From positions 1 through 63,991 of the forward strand of contig JAMCZE010000014.1 of the NCBI GenBank assembly GCA_023485845.1: a stretch of 63,991 nucleotides of DNA, read 5' to 3'. Numbering within the stretch: position 1 is the first letter of the stretch; every line of letters starts with the position of its first letter. Shown here piece by piece: positions 1 through 10,007 of this stretch. Origin of the DNA: Patescibacteria group bacterium (GTDB lineage Bacteria; Patescibacteriota; Microgenomatia; JAMCZE01). Position numbers and translations under genes: made by a program. The notes beneath the pieces are model-generated. The model was not told the DNA's origin, searched no databases, and saw nothing but the letters and a program-made list of their open reading frames with translations.

Positions 1-125
1 GAGACAGTCATCCAAAAGTACATCAGAAACCAAGGAAGACCAAAAGACTATGTCCAAATATCAAAAGACCAACTCAGGCTATTTTAGCAATGCAGATGCC
101 TCGCAGCTTGCTGCGAGGAGTGTCA
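1..125 (+). mobile_element. IS200/IS605-family element, right end (3' tail of tnpA, stop at 85-87, subterminal hairpin)
   Basis: Positions 1-129 are identical to 23603-23731. Hairpin cctcgcagc-tt-gctgcgagg is followed by agtgtca, a typical IS200/IS605 right end. Confidence 0.93.
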
Positions 126-126
126 C

Positions 127-146
127 TTGTCATACATGTATGACAA
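127..146. repeat. Perfect 20-bp palindrome ttgtcatacatgtatgacaa
   Basis: The sequence equals its own reverse complement and abuts the IS right end. Confidence 0.9.
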
Positions 147-275
147 TCTAGGATATTGGTGTGCCTATATTGTCGTCATACCACCTAACAGGGTATATAA
201 ATACAATTGAGGTTGGGAACGTCACCAAACGCACTAGGGTGACACTGGGCGAGAGATTTAGCTTCAATCAAGTAT

Positions 276-812
276 TTATAATCCAAACCCCAAAGTGATA
301 CTTTGACCAGACCTTTTTCCGCAAAAATCTATATTAGCCATAATTCCTTCTCTTTTGATATCTACATATCGAAATTCAGCTATATTTGGTGTCGGATTCA
401 CAATTGGCTGATCTGCTAATACTCCGGCTAAAGCAAGCATGAACTTCAGCCATTCATCATCGTTTTTACAAAAACTACAAGGTAAGCCGTATTCACCCAA
501 TAATTGAGTTAATTCAGATCTAAATTCTGGCAGTAGAAGGAAATCAATGTTTCCATTTTTGGGATAAGTGTCTATGGAATCGTCAATTTTGGTCATAATC
601 GCTTCCATAGCAGAAGTAATGTGATCTTTCCGTGTATGAACGGACCAATCAGCATGGAAACGAACTAATGAGTATAAATCTTTGTGGCATGATTCTCTTT
701 CTCTATCAAGAAGTTTTCTTAATTCAACCAACAGGTAAACAACCTCGTGTTCCTCTCTCATTTTATTCTCGTTTAGAAATCTGTTTAGTTTTTCAACTAT
801 TTGTATTTTCAT
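276..812 (-). CDS. Hypothetical protein (178 aa), probable partner of the OLD-like nuclease
   Basis: Clean ATG ORF starting 19 bp after the stop of the ATPase-TOPRIM gene on the same strand. Helical, with the motif EEHEVVYLLVELRKLLD...RFHADWSVH. Confidence 0.75.
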   Translation of the reverse strand: MKIQIVEKLNRFLNENKMREEHEVVYLLVELRKLLDRERESCHKDLYSLVRFHADWSVHTRKDHITSAMEAIMTKIDDSIDTYPKNGNIDFLLLPEFRSELTQLLGEYGLPCSFCKNDDEWLKFMLALAGVLADQPIVNPTPNIAEFRYVDIKREGIMANIDFCGKRSGQSITLGFGL

Positions 813-831
813 AACAACGAACGCATTGGCT

Positions 832-2619
832 TTAACTTTTTAGCTGCTCTATAAACTGTTTAACTTCATCGGGATATCTTTCAGTATCAATATTCTGAAG
901 TATTTTTTCTTGAAATCCCTTATAGGTTAGAGATTTGACATATTGCGAGGTTTTAACAAACTCCTGGTATAGATCTTTAAGAACTTTTTTACCGTCAACT
1001 TTTAATGGTTCAGTGAGCGCTTTTTGTTCTACGGTCCCCAAAATTGTATTGATCTCATCAACTGTAAACTCTTTTTCCCCAGAGGTAGATGCTAATTTTA
1101 ACGCCTCTTTATCTAATAGAAAAAGATTCTCCAAATTTGTAAATGGTGTAGGAATAACATTCTTATATTTTGAGGTATCAACAGTTGGAGTTAAGTCCTT
1201 ATCGACAAGTGCAAAAACTTTAAGATTGGTTTGATATTGAGAAAGGCTTTCCAGTAAAGCAATAAACATTGTTGTTGCTTTCACAACTCCACCTTTACTG
1301 CCTGAACCGACTTTGGCAATTCCTGCTGGAATAAAGACAACCTTACATTTTTTAGGATCTATCAACCTTTGGTAGATTTTATAATCTTCAAGTTGATTGT
1401 CAGCCTTTTCTACACCCTCAACATATATAATTTTGGGTATCAAATAGGCCAAGTCGAACCTTTTACCTAATGAGTGAAGTAGCTCTACTCTTGAGCTTAA
1501 ATTATCTATTTTTTCGATAGATTTTGCATCGGAAGTTATCTGGTAAACATTCTCTGCATTTACCGATATGAGATCGGGAGAATGAGTAGCTATTAAACAG
1601 CTGAAGTCTGAAGCTTGAGAAAATACCCCTTTCATAAATTCAGCTAATCTAGTTACGTATTCAGGGTGGAGATGAATATCTGGCTCATCTATTAACACAA
1701 CTGGTTTATATTCTTGTCTTTCCCATTGTAGGAGCATTCCTGCTAAACCGATAACTTGTCTTTCTCCCGAACTGGCAAATTGTATTGGGTAGCTTTTGTC
1801 AATCCTTGTATTTGTCATCTTGAATTTAATTTCACCTTTTTCAATTTGATTTTTATCGTAGTTAAGCTCCAACGGGCTGATAATATAATTAATTCTTTCG
1901 AGTGCATTCTCGAGTAATGGAAAGGTTTTATGAGTATTCTTGAAAACATTCCATATATCCATCATTGCTAATCGGTTAAGCAGATTCCCAAGTTGGATAT
2001 TCGTTCTTGAAGATCTTTGTCTTAGATCAAAATCACCTGATAATACATCCATCATTTCAGTAGCTCTCGGAGTACCTCCTAAAAAAGTTGTTCCACCTTC
2101 ACTGATATCTTGCAAAGGTTTAATATATGCAACCAATACCTTACTTCTTCCTAATTCAGCATACCAACTAGGTACGTCAGGGCGTGAACTACTTCCTAAA
2201 AATGTTCTTGTTGGTCTTTCATCAGGAAAACGTAATGGAATCGCCACTTCAGTAGTAAAATGATATCTATCCGATATTTTTGTCAGATCCTGGCACATAT
2301 TCTGGAATACTTGCTCAGAAGATGGAAACGCTTGAGGATTTCTTTCTGTTAGCAATCCCGATAAATATTTAATTTCGCTTTCATTAAAAGAACCTGTGAT
2401 TTTCCATACTGCTTTATCTGCTGTAATTCCATTAACGATGGTTGCATCTATTTGGTTAATATCAACACTGTTTAATATGAAGTTTGTAACCTCAAGGATT
2501 GTTGATTTACCAGTACCATTTTGTCCGGCTAATATAATGAATCCAGTTAGATCCGAAGATGTAACCTCAAAATTCTCAAAGCCTCTAAACCCAGTAATTT
2601 TTATGTTCTCAATTTTCAT
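832..2619 (-). CDS. OLD-like ATP-dependent nuclease (ABC/AAA_21 ATPase + TOPRIM)
   Basis: Walker A GQNGTGKS, signature ASSGERQ, Walker B/D-loop LIDEPDIHLHP, H-loop ATHSP. C-terminal TOPRIM motifs YVEG, LVDKD and ENLFL. Confidence 0.85.
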   Translation of the reverse strand: MKIENIKITGFRGFENFEVTSSDLTGFIILAGQNGTGKSTILEVTNFILNSVDINQIDATIVNGITADKAVWKITGSFNESEIKYLSGLLTERNPQAFPSSEQVFQNMCQDLTKISDRYHFTTEVAIPLRFPDERPTRTFLGSSSRPDVPSWYAELGRSKVLVAYIKPLQDISEGGTTFLGGTPRATEMMDVLSGDFDLRQRSSRTNIQLGNLLNRLAMMDIWNVFKNTHKTFPLLENALERINYIISPLELNYDKNQIEKGEIKFKMTNTRIDKSYPIQFASSGERQVIGLAGMLLQWERQEYKPVVLIDEPDIHLHPEYVTRLAEFMKGVFSQASDFSCLIATHSPDLISVNAENVYQITSDAKSIEKIDNLSSRVELLHSLGKRFDLAYLIPKIIYVEGVEKADNQLEDYKIYQRLIDPKKCKVVFIPAGIAKVGSGSKGGVVKATTMFIALLESLSQYQTNLKVFALVDKDLTPTVDTSKYKNVIPTPFTNLENLFLLDKEALKLASTSGEKEFTVDEINTILGTVEQKALTEPLKVDGKKVLKDLYQEFVKTSQYVKSLTYKGFQEKILQNIDTERYPDEVKQFIEQLKS

Positions 2620-2686
2620 AAACTTGCTATATACTATTGCAATTGTTATTTACAAATGCTTATAATAATTTATATCATAATCTCAT

Positions 2687-2866
2687 ATGGAAAACAACGA
2701 ATTTTATACAGTAGAACAGGTTGCTGACCTTCTTAAAGTCCACTGGCAAACTGTGCTCAATTATATTAAAGGCGGAAAGTTAAAAGCTGTTAAACTAGGC
2801 AAAGGATATCGAATTTCCAAAGAGGCATTAAACGATTTTGTAAAGGAAAATCAAACACAAAGTTAA
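2687..2866 (+). CDS. Excisionase-like helix-turn-helix protein (HTH_17, 59 aa; not in the ORF track)
   Basis: Own translation: MENNEFYTVEQVADLLKVHWQTVLNYIKGGKLKAVKLGKGYRISKEALNDFVKENQTQS. Confidence 0.88.
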   Translation: MENNEFYTVEQVADLLKVHWQTVLNYIKGGKLKAVKLGKGYRISKEALNDFVKENQTQS

Positions 2867-2888
2867 TCATATTAACCTTTAGTTAATT

Positions 2889-4007
2889 ATGGCTAGAGAA
2901 GCATCAAGCAAAAATCTTATAAACGCAAGACGGGCAAAAAACGATGAGTTTTATACCCAATACGGCGATATCCAGAAAGAAATTGAAAAATATCTGGAAT
3001 ATAATCCAGATACTTTTCGCAACAAGGTGGTATATTGCAATTGCGATGATCCGTTCGAGAGTAATTTCTTTCGCTATTTCGTACTTAACTTCAACAAGCT
3101 TGGATTAAAACGGCTTATCACCACAAGTTATAAACCTTCGCCTGTAGCTAACACTCAGCTCCAATTGTTTGGCGACGATAAGACCCTACCGAAGTCAAAA
3201 GGTCGTCCCAAGATTACCGCCAACAAATTTATTATTAACGAAGTGCACGACATAGATGAGGATGGCGAATTCAACTTAAAGGATGTCGCCAAACAACTAA
3301 AAACAAATAAACATAATGAATGGACGCCACTTGAAGGCGATGGAGATTTTCGTAGCGATGAATGTATAAGCCTCCTTAAACAATCCGACATTGTTGTAAC
3401 GAATCCACCTTTCAGCTTGTTTCGTGAATATGTTAAGCAACTTTTTGATTACAAAAAACTCTTTTTGATTATTGGAAATATTAATTGCATAACTTACAAG
3501 GATATATTTCAAAAAATTAAAAATAATGAAATTTGGCTTGGTAATGGTATGGGAAGATGGATTTCTGGATTTATAGTACCTGAATCCTATGACTTATATG
3601 GAACAGAGGCGCGTATAGATGAAGATGGAAACAGAATTGTCGCCACTAATAATTGTTTGTGGCTTACTAATCTTGACCATGGACGACGCCATCAACCATT
3701 AGCACTCATGACAATGAAAGAAAATTTGAAATATAGCAGACACAAAGAAATTAAAGGTAAAAATACATATGAAAAATATGATAATTATGATGCTATAGAA
3801 GTACCTTTCACCGATGCGATTCCAAGTGATTATAAAGGCATAATGGGAGTGCCTATTAGTTTTTTGGATAAGTACAATCCTGAACAATTTGAGATATTAG
3901 GAATGGACGATCATAGGATGCAGTATCCTAATTGGAGAGGTAGAGGTCCTGATTTGAATGGAAAGCCTGCTTATAGAAGAGTTATTATTAAACATAAGAA
4001 TAAATAG
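2889..4007 (+). CDS. Adenine-specific DNA methyltransferase, EcoRI family
   Basis: Motifs [23 protein letters not shown], catalytic TNPPFS and YDNYDAIEV. Confidence 0.9.
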   Translation: MAREASSKNLINARRAKNDEFYTQYGDIQKEIEKYLEYNPDTFRNKVVYCNCDDPFESNFFRYFVLNFNKLGLKRLITTSYKPSPVANTQLQLFGDDKTLPKSKGRPKITANKFIINEVHDIDEDGEFNLKDVAKQLKTNKHNEWTPLEGDGDFRSDECISLLKQSDIVVTNPPFSLFREYVKQLFDYKKLFLIIGNINCITYKDIFQKIKNNEIWLGNGMGRWISGFIVPESYDLYGTEARIDEDGNRIVATNNCLWLTNLDHGRRHQPLALMTMKENLKYSRHKEIKGKNTYEKYDNYDAIEVPFTDAIPSDYKGIMGVPISFLDKYNPEQFEILGMDDHRMQYPNWRGRGPDLNGKPAYRRVIIKHKNK

Positions 4008-4008
4008 T

Positions 4009-5172
4009 ATGAAACCAATATTAAAAAACAATATAACTATTCAAGAGATCTGTGATGGATTTGTTTATAACGAGCTTGAGGGTAAAGGTCTGTTTGGCCT
4101 GTCTGGAAAGCTGACCATTCAACCCGAATATCAGCGAAACTATATCTATGCAGAAGAAAAAAGAGAAGCAGGCGTAATCGAGTCCGTTCTGAAAGAATAT
4201 CCAATTGGCTTGATTTATTTCAACAAGGTGGGCATAGACACATTCGAAGTTTTAGATGGGCAACAGCGAATAACTAGCCTCGGACGATTTATCACCAACA
4301 AGTTTGCTATCAAAGATGAAAATGGAATGCCACAGATTTTTGGTAACATGGCTAAGGACAAGCAAAATAAAATCTTAGAAACAAAACTGCTAATTTATGA
4401 GTGCGAAGGAACGGAAAGCCAAATAAAAGAATGGTTCAAGACAATAAATATTGCAGGTGTTCCACTCAATAATCAAGAACTACTTAACGCTGTATATTCT
4501 GGTCCATTCGTAACTAAAGCCAAAGAGGAATTCAGTAATAGCCAAAACGCCAACATTCAAAAGTGGAGTGCGTATGTATCAGGTAGTGCCAATAGGCAGG
4601 AATTTTTGGGATGTGCACTGGATTGGGTAAGTAAAGGCAATATTGGCGATTATATGAGTAAACACCGCCAAGACAAAAATATTGATGAATTGAAAAAATA
4701 TTTCAACACAGTAATCGATTGGATATCTAATGTATTTGTTGATGTAGAATCCGAAATGCGAGGTCTTGAATGGGGACGACTTTACGAGCAGTATCACAAA
4801 AAATCATACGACCCAGTCAAAGTGTCGGCCGAGGTACATAAGCTTTATAGTGACTTTTTTATTAAGGATAAAAAAGGAATTTTCGAGTATATTTTGGGAG
4901 GTAATCACGATACAAAATTGCTTAATATTCGTATTTTTGACGAACCGACCAAAAGATCTGTTTATGAAAAACAGACTCGTGAAGCTGTAACTAAAAAGAA
5001 ATCAAACTGTTCATTCTGTGCAGTTGGACACGATGTAAACAAGGATAAAATTTGGAGTTTTGGCGAAATGGAAGCCGATCATGTGTCATCCTGGAGTAAA
5101 GGAGGCACAACGGATATTAAGAATTGTGAGATGTTGTGCAAAACTCATAATCGGGCAAAGGGCAATCGATGA
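4009..5172 (+). CDS. DUF262 (GmrS/ParB-like) + HNH endonuclease
   Basis: Motifs [16 protein letters not shown] and FKTIN. C-terminal CSFC...[12 protein letters not shown]...[14 protein letters not shown]. The ATG at 4009 lies 1 bp after the methyltransferase stop. Confidence 0.9.
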   Translation: MKPILKNNITIQEICDGFVYNELEGKGLFGLSGKLTIQPEYQRNYIYAEEKREAGVIESVLKEYPIGLIYFNKVGIDTFEVLDGQQRITSLGRFITNKFAIKDENGMPQIFGNMAKDKQNKILETKLLIYECEGTESQIKEWFKTINIAGVPLNNQELLNAVYSGPFVTKAKEEFSNSQNANIQKWSAYVSGSANRQEFLGCALDWVSKGNIGDYMSKHRQDKNIDELKKYFNTVIDWISNVFVDVESEMRGLEWGRLYEQYHKKSYDPVKVSAEVHKLYSDFFIKDKKGIFEYILGGNHDTKLLNIRIFDEPTKRSVYEKQTREAVTKKKSNCSFCAVGHDVNKDKIWSFGEMEADHVSSWSKGGTTDIKNCEMLCKTHNRAKGNR

Positions 5173-5808
5173 AAACTACCAATGTTATGTATACGAAATA
5201 CTCGGAAAAAACCCGGGAAATAACATAGTCCGATTTGAAACTGCAATGTAACTCTTCAGAAAAATAATCGATCAAAAACAATAGTTTTTCTATGGGTGTT
5301 TAAGATCAAGAGACTCTATCTTCAGAAGACTTTGAAATCAACAGGTGGGTTGTGTTTTTGACTGTTGACCTTACTCTAAAATAATCAAGCAAGTTTTCTC
5401 CAGGATACAATCCTAATATTGACGGCGGCCTTGCTGTTTTGGGTATGTCACCAGACGAGCCAGGGTGACACCAGGCGTGTTTTCTTGAACCTAGTTGAGT
5501 TACTTATGCCTTATCTCCAATTTTGTTCCATAACCAATATGGTGAATTTACTCACGAAGCGATCTGATAAGCAGGTTGAGGAGCAGGAAGCTGAATATAG
5601 GTTTTCAACGTATTGTACTGTAAAATAAGATTATCAAGTAAAGTGTTCCATTTAAGGGACACTATGCTCACAGTCTTAAATATCGCCATTGCCTATGTCT
5701 TTATGGTAATTTACTTGATTGGGAGAAAGTTAGAAGCTATATGTCTTGCCTGGTTGCACCTGCGGCATTGATAATTACCCCTCGATCTTCTAATCTGATT
5801 GTGGACAT

Positions 5809-6357
5809 ATGGCCAAGAAAGTGCTCGACGAAGTCGGGATAAATTTATTGCCGGGGGATGACCTGGAAGGCCGGCCCGGGGGCATCTTTTTGAAGTGGGC
5901 TTTAACCTGGGGCAAACGGATTGTCATTGTCACGGAACTAATTGTGATTTTGGCCTTTTTGTCCCGCTTTTGGCTGGATACAACGGTGGCTAACAATTCT
6001 GATCTCATCAGCCAAAAACAGGCAATTGTTGCTTCGGAAGACAGTTTTGAAACCCAGTTTCGCACCGTCACCAATCGCATCGTCCAGGCTAAGACCATTG
6101 AGGCTCAGGTTTCCCCGTTGGTTGTTTACGACACCGCCCAGGCTCTGATCCCCCCACAAATTGCCGTTAACCAATTTGTGGTGACTAACGAAAAAATTAA
6201 TTTTGGTGGCCAAAGTGATGCCGCCGCGATTGCCCAACTGGTTAGCAACTTTAAGAACTCCCCGGACTTTTCTGGTGTTAACGTGGAGAAGATTTCTAAA
6301 AGCAGCGACGACCCAAATATTATTTTTACCTTGTCAGCCGATTATGTCCATCACTGA
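5809..6357 (+). CDS. PilN-like type IV pilus alignment protein
   Basis: INLLP motif, one TM helix, coiled coil and ferredoxin-like C-terminus (NFKNSPDFSGV). Lies upstream of a PilO-like gene. Confidence 0.75.
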   Translation: MAKKVLDEVGINLLPGDDLEGRPGGIFLKWALTWGKRIVIVTELIVILAFLSRFWLDTTVANNSDLISQKQAIVASEDSFETQFRTVTNRIVQAKTIEAQVSPLVVYDTAQALIPPQIAVNQFVVTNEKINFGGQSDAAAIAQLVSNFKNSPDFSGVNVEKISKSSDDPNIIFTLSADYVHH

Positions 6358-6946
6358 CCGCTATCAGCGCTATTACACTTATTTGGAACCGGTGGTGGCC
6401 GACCCGTTGGTCCGCGGCTATTTTAGTTTGGTGGCCTCGCTGTTTCTGATTGCCTTTTTTCTTATCTTTGCCTTGTCGCCGACGATCAACACCATTTTGT
6501 CCCTGCGCAAAAAGATTGCCGAACAGCAAACGACAATCGCTGCCCTGGACGCGAAAATTTCCGCCCTGGTGACCGCTCATCAGAATTATCTTTCAGCACA
6601 GCCTTATCTGCCCAGTTTGCTGGCGGCTTTGCCGGACAGTCCCATGCCGCAAACAGCCACCACCACTTTGACTAACGTGGCTTCCGGTTCGGCGGTGATT
6701 TTGGGCACCGCTCAATTTAAGGACATAAATTTGAGCGCGGCTCAATATGAGAAAGCCGCTTCACCGACGGTCGGGTTTACTTTTTCTGTTTCCGGAACAA
6801 TGGTCAATGTGCGCCAGTTTGTCACCGCCCTGGAGGGCTCCCGACGCTATATTCGTGTCAACACTTTATCAATTGCCATTAAAGATAATTTAAATGTGAC
6901 GGTTGACGGCCGGGCCCAGGCTTACTACTATGCGAAACAGAAATAG
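6344..6946 (+). CDS. pilO: PilO-like type IV pilus assembly protein
   Basis: TM, coiled coil, ALPDSP, then FSVSGTMVNVRQFVTALEGSRRYIRV. The ATG at 6344 overlaps the end of pilN. Confidence 0.75.
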   Translation: MSITDRYQRYYTYLEPVVADPLVRGYFSLVASLFLIAFFLIFALSPTINTILSLRKKIAEQQTTIAALDAKISALVTAHQNYLSAQPYLPSLLAALPDSPMPQTATTTLTNVASGSAVILGTAQFKDINLSAAQYEKAASPTVGFTFSVSGTMVNVRQFVTALEGSRRYIRVNTLSIAIKDNLNVTVDGRAQAYYYAKQK

Positions 6947-7118
6947 TTGGATCATTTTTGCGGCGCTGACTTTTTTGGTGGCCCTCATCTGGGTGGCCGT
7001 GACGGCTGTTGGCAGTCTGCGCAAAACGACTGTGTCGGCCGATGTTGCCAAAGCAGCGGCGCCCATGGACCCGACAATTGATGTTATTTTTTTAAAAACA
7101 CTAAATGCACGCAGCTAA
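6930..7118 (+). CDS. Small single-TM protein in the pil operon
   Basis: MRNRNSWIIF followed by a hydrophobic helix. Overlaps both neighbours. Confidence 0.7.
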   Translation: MRNRNSWIIFAALTFLVALIWVAVTAVGSLRKTTVSADVAKAAAPMDPTIDVIFLKTLNARS

Positions 7119-8385
7119 AAAAATCCCTACAGTTCTGGGTTTGGGGCTGGTGATCGTCCTGACAATTGGCGTGGCCCTGACCACCCGGGCGGCAGGAAGT
7201 CTGACCAATCTGTTTTCTTCAGCCTCCGGGCAAAAGATGGCCGCGGATGTTGGGGTGGCCAATTTTAACAACAGTGGAGCCACGATCTATTGGACAACGG
7301 ATACACCAACCACGGGGACGGTGTCGTTTGGTAAAACGTCAGCTCTGGAGCAGGGATTGGTGGTCGACGATCGCGCTGGTCAATATCTCACCCATTTTGT
7401 CCGTCTCACGGGGTTGGCACCGGCCACGAAATATTTTTATAAAATCAGCGACGATGTCACCGTTCGGGATTTCACCACCTTAGCCGGTCCTTTATCCGGC
7501 ACCGCCGATCCGATTTATGGTCAGGTGACCGATGCCTCCGGGGGGCCGCTGGCGGGGGCGATTGCCGTTTGGACCGGTCCGGCTAGTGATCCCCTGGCGG
7601 CTTTGTCCAAAAGCGACGGTAATTATGTTTTGCCAGTTGTTGCTCCGGCCGGCAGTGCGGAAACAGTCACTCTTTTAGGGGGAGCCGGTGTCTCGGCCAC
7701 CATTACTTGCCAGGTGGGGATGGATCGTCCGTTGCCTACCGTGGCAATGGGGGACAGCCTTGATTGCCAGAAAAAGACGACTACCACTTCCCCGGGGTTT
7801 AAGACACCCGCTGCCCCAGCCAGTCCCAGCCCCACCGCCGGGTCGGCGCAGCTTAACATTGACAACGGCCAAACTTTTGACACTTTCCAGCCAGTCATTT
7901 CCGGCAAAGCCGGTCCTAACCAAGTGGTTAATATCATGATTCATTCCGACACGCCCTATTCGGCCACCGTTGTTGCCGGCCCGGACGGCAGCTGGTCCTG
8001 GACGCCGCCAGCTAATCTCTCCGCGGGCCAGCACACTGTCACTATTACCATCACTAATCCTGACGGGACCACCCAGACAGTGACTCGAACCTTCACGGTG
8101 ACGGCTGGCACATCACTCTTGCCGATCACCTCCGGAACACCGTCGGCCACTCTGACTCATTTGGCTTGCGTGAACAATGCCTGCACCACGATTTCCGGCG
8201 CCGGGTCCGATGCTTGCTCCACGGACTCCGATTGTGTGGCGACGGCTGCAGCAACACCCGCCCCACCGCCCCCGCCATCGGCACCGCCCACCACCGGAGC
8301 TACTGAAAACACGGTCATTATGTTGACATTGGGATTGATTTTCGTCACACTGGGAGCATGGAAGAAAATTCCGCACCGCCAATAA
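7105..8385 (+). CDS. Surface protein: N-terminal TM, FN3-like, carboxypeptidase-regulatory-like and Ig-like domains, Cys4 module, PPTTG + TM tail
   Basis: ATIYWTTD...HFVRLTGLAPATKYFYKI (FN3), IYGQVTDASGGPLAGA, DGSWSWTPP..LSAGQHTVTIT (Ig). C-terminus PPTTG-TM-KK. Confidence 0.8.
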   Translation: MHAAKKIPTVLGLGLVIVLTIGVALTTRAAGSLTNLFSSASGQKMAADVGVANFNNSGATIYWTTDTPTTGTVSFGKTSALEQGLVVDDRAGQYLTHFVRLTGLAPATKYFYKISDDVTVRDFTTLAGPLSGTADPIYGQVTDASGGPLAGAIAVWTGPASDPLAALSKSDGNYVLPVVAPAGSAETVTLLGGAGVSATITCQVGMDRPLPTVAMGDSLDCQKKTTTTSPGFKTPAAPASPSPTAGSAQLNIDNGQTFDTFQPVISGKAGPNQVVNIMIHSDTPYSATVVAGPDGSWSWTPPANLSAGQHTVTITITNPDGTTQTVTRTFTVTAGTSLLPITSGTPSATLTHLACVNNACTTISGAGSDACSTDSDCVATAAATPAPPPPPSAPPTTGATENTVIMLTLGLIFVTLGAWKKIPHRQ

Positions 8386-9248
8386 ACTTACCGCCTCCGG
8401 TGATTGTCAAATCGACCGGCACTGGCAAAAAGGCCTTCGTCTTTGGAATTCTCTCCGTGTTTGTTTTAGCGGCCGGGTTAGCTTTGGGAGTTTTCTTGGT
8501 TTCGCGTCAGCAAAGCCAAGACATCAGGAGCAAAGCCGCCGGTTGTGATATGCGTTGGCCGGCCAAACCGGGGACAGCCTGCGCTAACAAATTGTCACCG
8601 GCCATGGATGCCACCAACGTTTCTTTGACGCCAGATTTTATTTGGGACTATGGCGGCTATCGTGATGGTGAGAACGGCGACTGCGTGGAGCCGTCGGGAT
8701 GCACTGGCTATTATGCTAATGTTATTGTCTGGGAAGGCAGTGATAAAGGGACAGAAGTGATGCGCTGTGGAGCGGTTATTGATTCCAATGGCAACCCGCC
8801 AAAATCTTGCAACTGGGTGAGTTTTTATCATAACGAACCATTAAAGCCCAACACTGATTATTGGTGGCGGGTGGAACCGGGAAGCAAAGAGACTAGTTCT
8901 CATGCCGACCAGACTTGGGACTATCACTTCAAAACCGGCGGGGAGACGACTGCCCCCACTGCTTCCTGTCAGAATGTCACGGCCGACAAAGATCTGAGTT
9001 CCGTTAAAATCGGGGACACGGTCACTTTCACCGGCAAGGGGACCGTGACCGACAGCACCGACTCAATTGACGAGATTAACTTCATAATTCTCAACGGGAC
9101 GACCAGTGTTTTCAATGATAACGCCCCGGCCACACTAGACTCTGGCAACACCTATAAAGCCACTAAGTCCATCACAATTAATTCCGCCGGCAGCTATAGT
9201 GTCCGCATCCGCGTGCACCAGAAGACTGCTGACAAATGGTATGAGTAA
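8358..9248 (+). CDS. Membrane-anchored/secreted FN3/Ig-domain protein
   Basis: TM followed by QDIRSKAA. Contains LKPNTDYWWRV (FN3-like), Cys pairs and a C-terminal Ig-like domain (AGSYSVRIRV). Confidence 0.75.
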   Translation: MEENSAPPINLPPPVIVKSTGTGKKAFVFGILSVFVLAAGLALGVFLVSRQQSQDIRSKAAGCDMRWPAKPGTACANKLSPAMDATNVSLTPDFIWDYGGYRDGENGDCVEPSGCTGYYANVIVWEGSDKGTEVMRCGAVIDSNGNPPKSCNWVSFYHNEPLKPNTDYWWRVEPGSKETSSHADQTWDYHFKTGGETTAPTASCQNVTADKDLSSVKIGDTVTFTGKGTVTDSTDSIDEINFIILNGTTSVFNDNAPATLDSGNTYKATKSITINSAGSYSVRIRVHQKTADKWYE

Positions 9249-10002
9249 AACAAAAATTGCCGTCATCAGTTTAGTGACCCTTCTGTTGGTCGGGATTTTG
9301 GGAACGGTGGCGGTGCTCACAGCCATGCGCCAAAACACCACGGCGCCGGTGGCGCCGACCGTTCCTCAAGCGGTGCCCCATGCCCAGGAGCCGACCACCA
9401 CTGCCACTTGTTCACTGACTTTCACCGTCACGGAGCAGACGCATAAAGAATGCCAAGATAACGCTTGTGCCACCGTTTCCGGCGCCGGGACAGACAGTTG
9501 CTCCAGTGACACCGATTGCATTACCTATAAATATAATAAGTGCGAAACCGGCGTTAATAACGCCAAAGTTTGCAAGCAAGAGGATTGCTCACCGAAAAAT
9601 GTTAATTGCTCTAACCAGTCAACTTGTCAAAGCGACAGCGATTGTCAGCCCCACTATCAGCATAAAGTTTGCCTGACCAATAACACTTGTGGCACGGTGG
9701 ATTGTTCCCCAAACACCACGCCTTGTTCTGACAGCTGTTCCTCCGACAGCCAATGTCAGCCGGCCACTCCACCGCCTTCGACACCGCCAACCACCACTGT
9801 TGTCCAAACTCACCGGGCCTGTGTGAACAATGCTTGCACCACTGTTTCCGGGGCGGGTGCGGACAGTTGCACCTCCGATGTCACCTGCGCACCAAAAGCG
9901 GTTGCTCCGGCAATTCCCAAATCTGGAAATGAAGTCTTCACCATCGGCGGCCTGCTTCTCGGTGCCGGTTCCATCCTGGTGGGCGTGCTTTTAATCTTGT
10001 AG
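9241..10002 (+). CDS. Cys-rich repeat surface protein with IPKSG + TM tail
   Basis: N-terminal TM, four Cys-rich modules, a Pro/Thr linker and AIPKSG followed by a hydrophobic C-terminus. Confidence 0.8.
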   Translation: MSKTKIAVISLVTLLLVGILGTVAVLTAMRQNTTAPVAPTVPQAVPHAQEPTTTATCSLTFTVTEQTHKECQDNACATVSGAGTDSCSSDTDCITYKYNKCETGVNNAKVCKQEDCSPKNVNCSNQSTCQSDSDCQPHYQHKVCLTNNTCGTVDCSPNTTPCSDSCSSDSQCQPATPPPSTPPTTTVVQTHRACVNNACTTVSGAGADSCTSDVTCAPKAVAPAIPKSGNEVFTIGGLLLGAGSILVGVLLIL

Positions 10003-10007
10003 TTTCT

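Noticed and set aside
5419..5628. 69-aa ORF in the island spacer
   Set aside because: It has a TTG start, no motif and no expression signals.
8155..9888. Diversity-generating retroelement template/variable repeat pair among the Cys modules
   Set aside because: Differences are not adenine-specific, all copies are coding, and no reverse transcriptase is present in the window.
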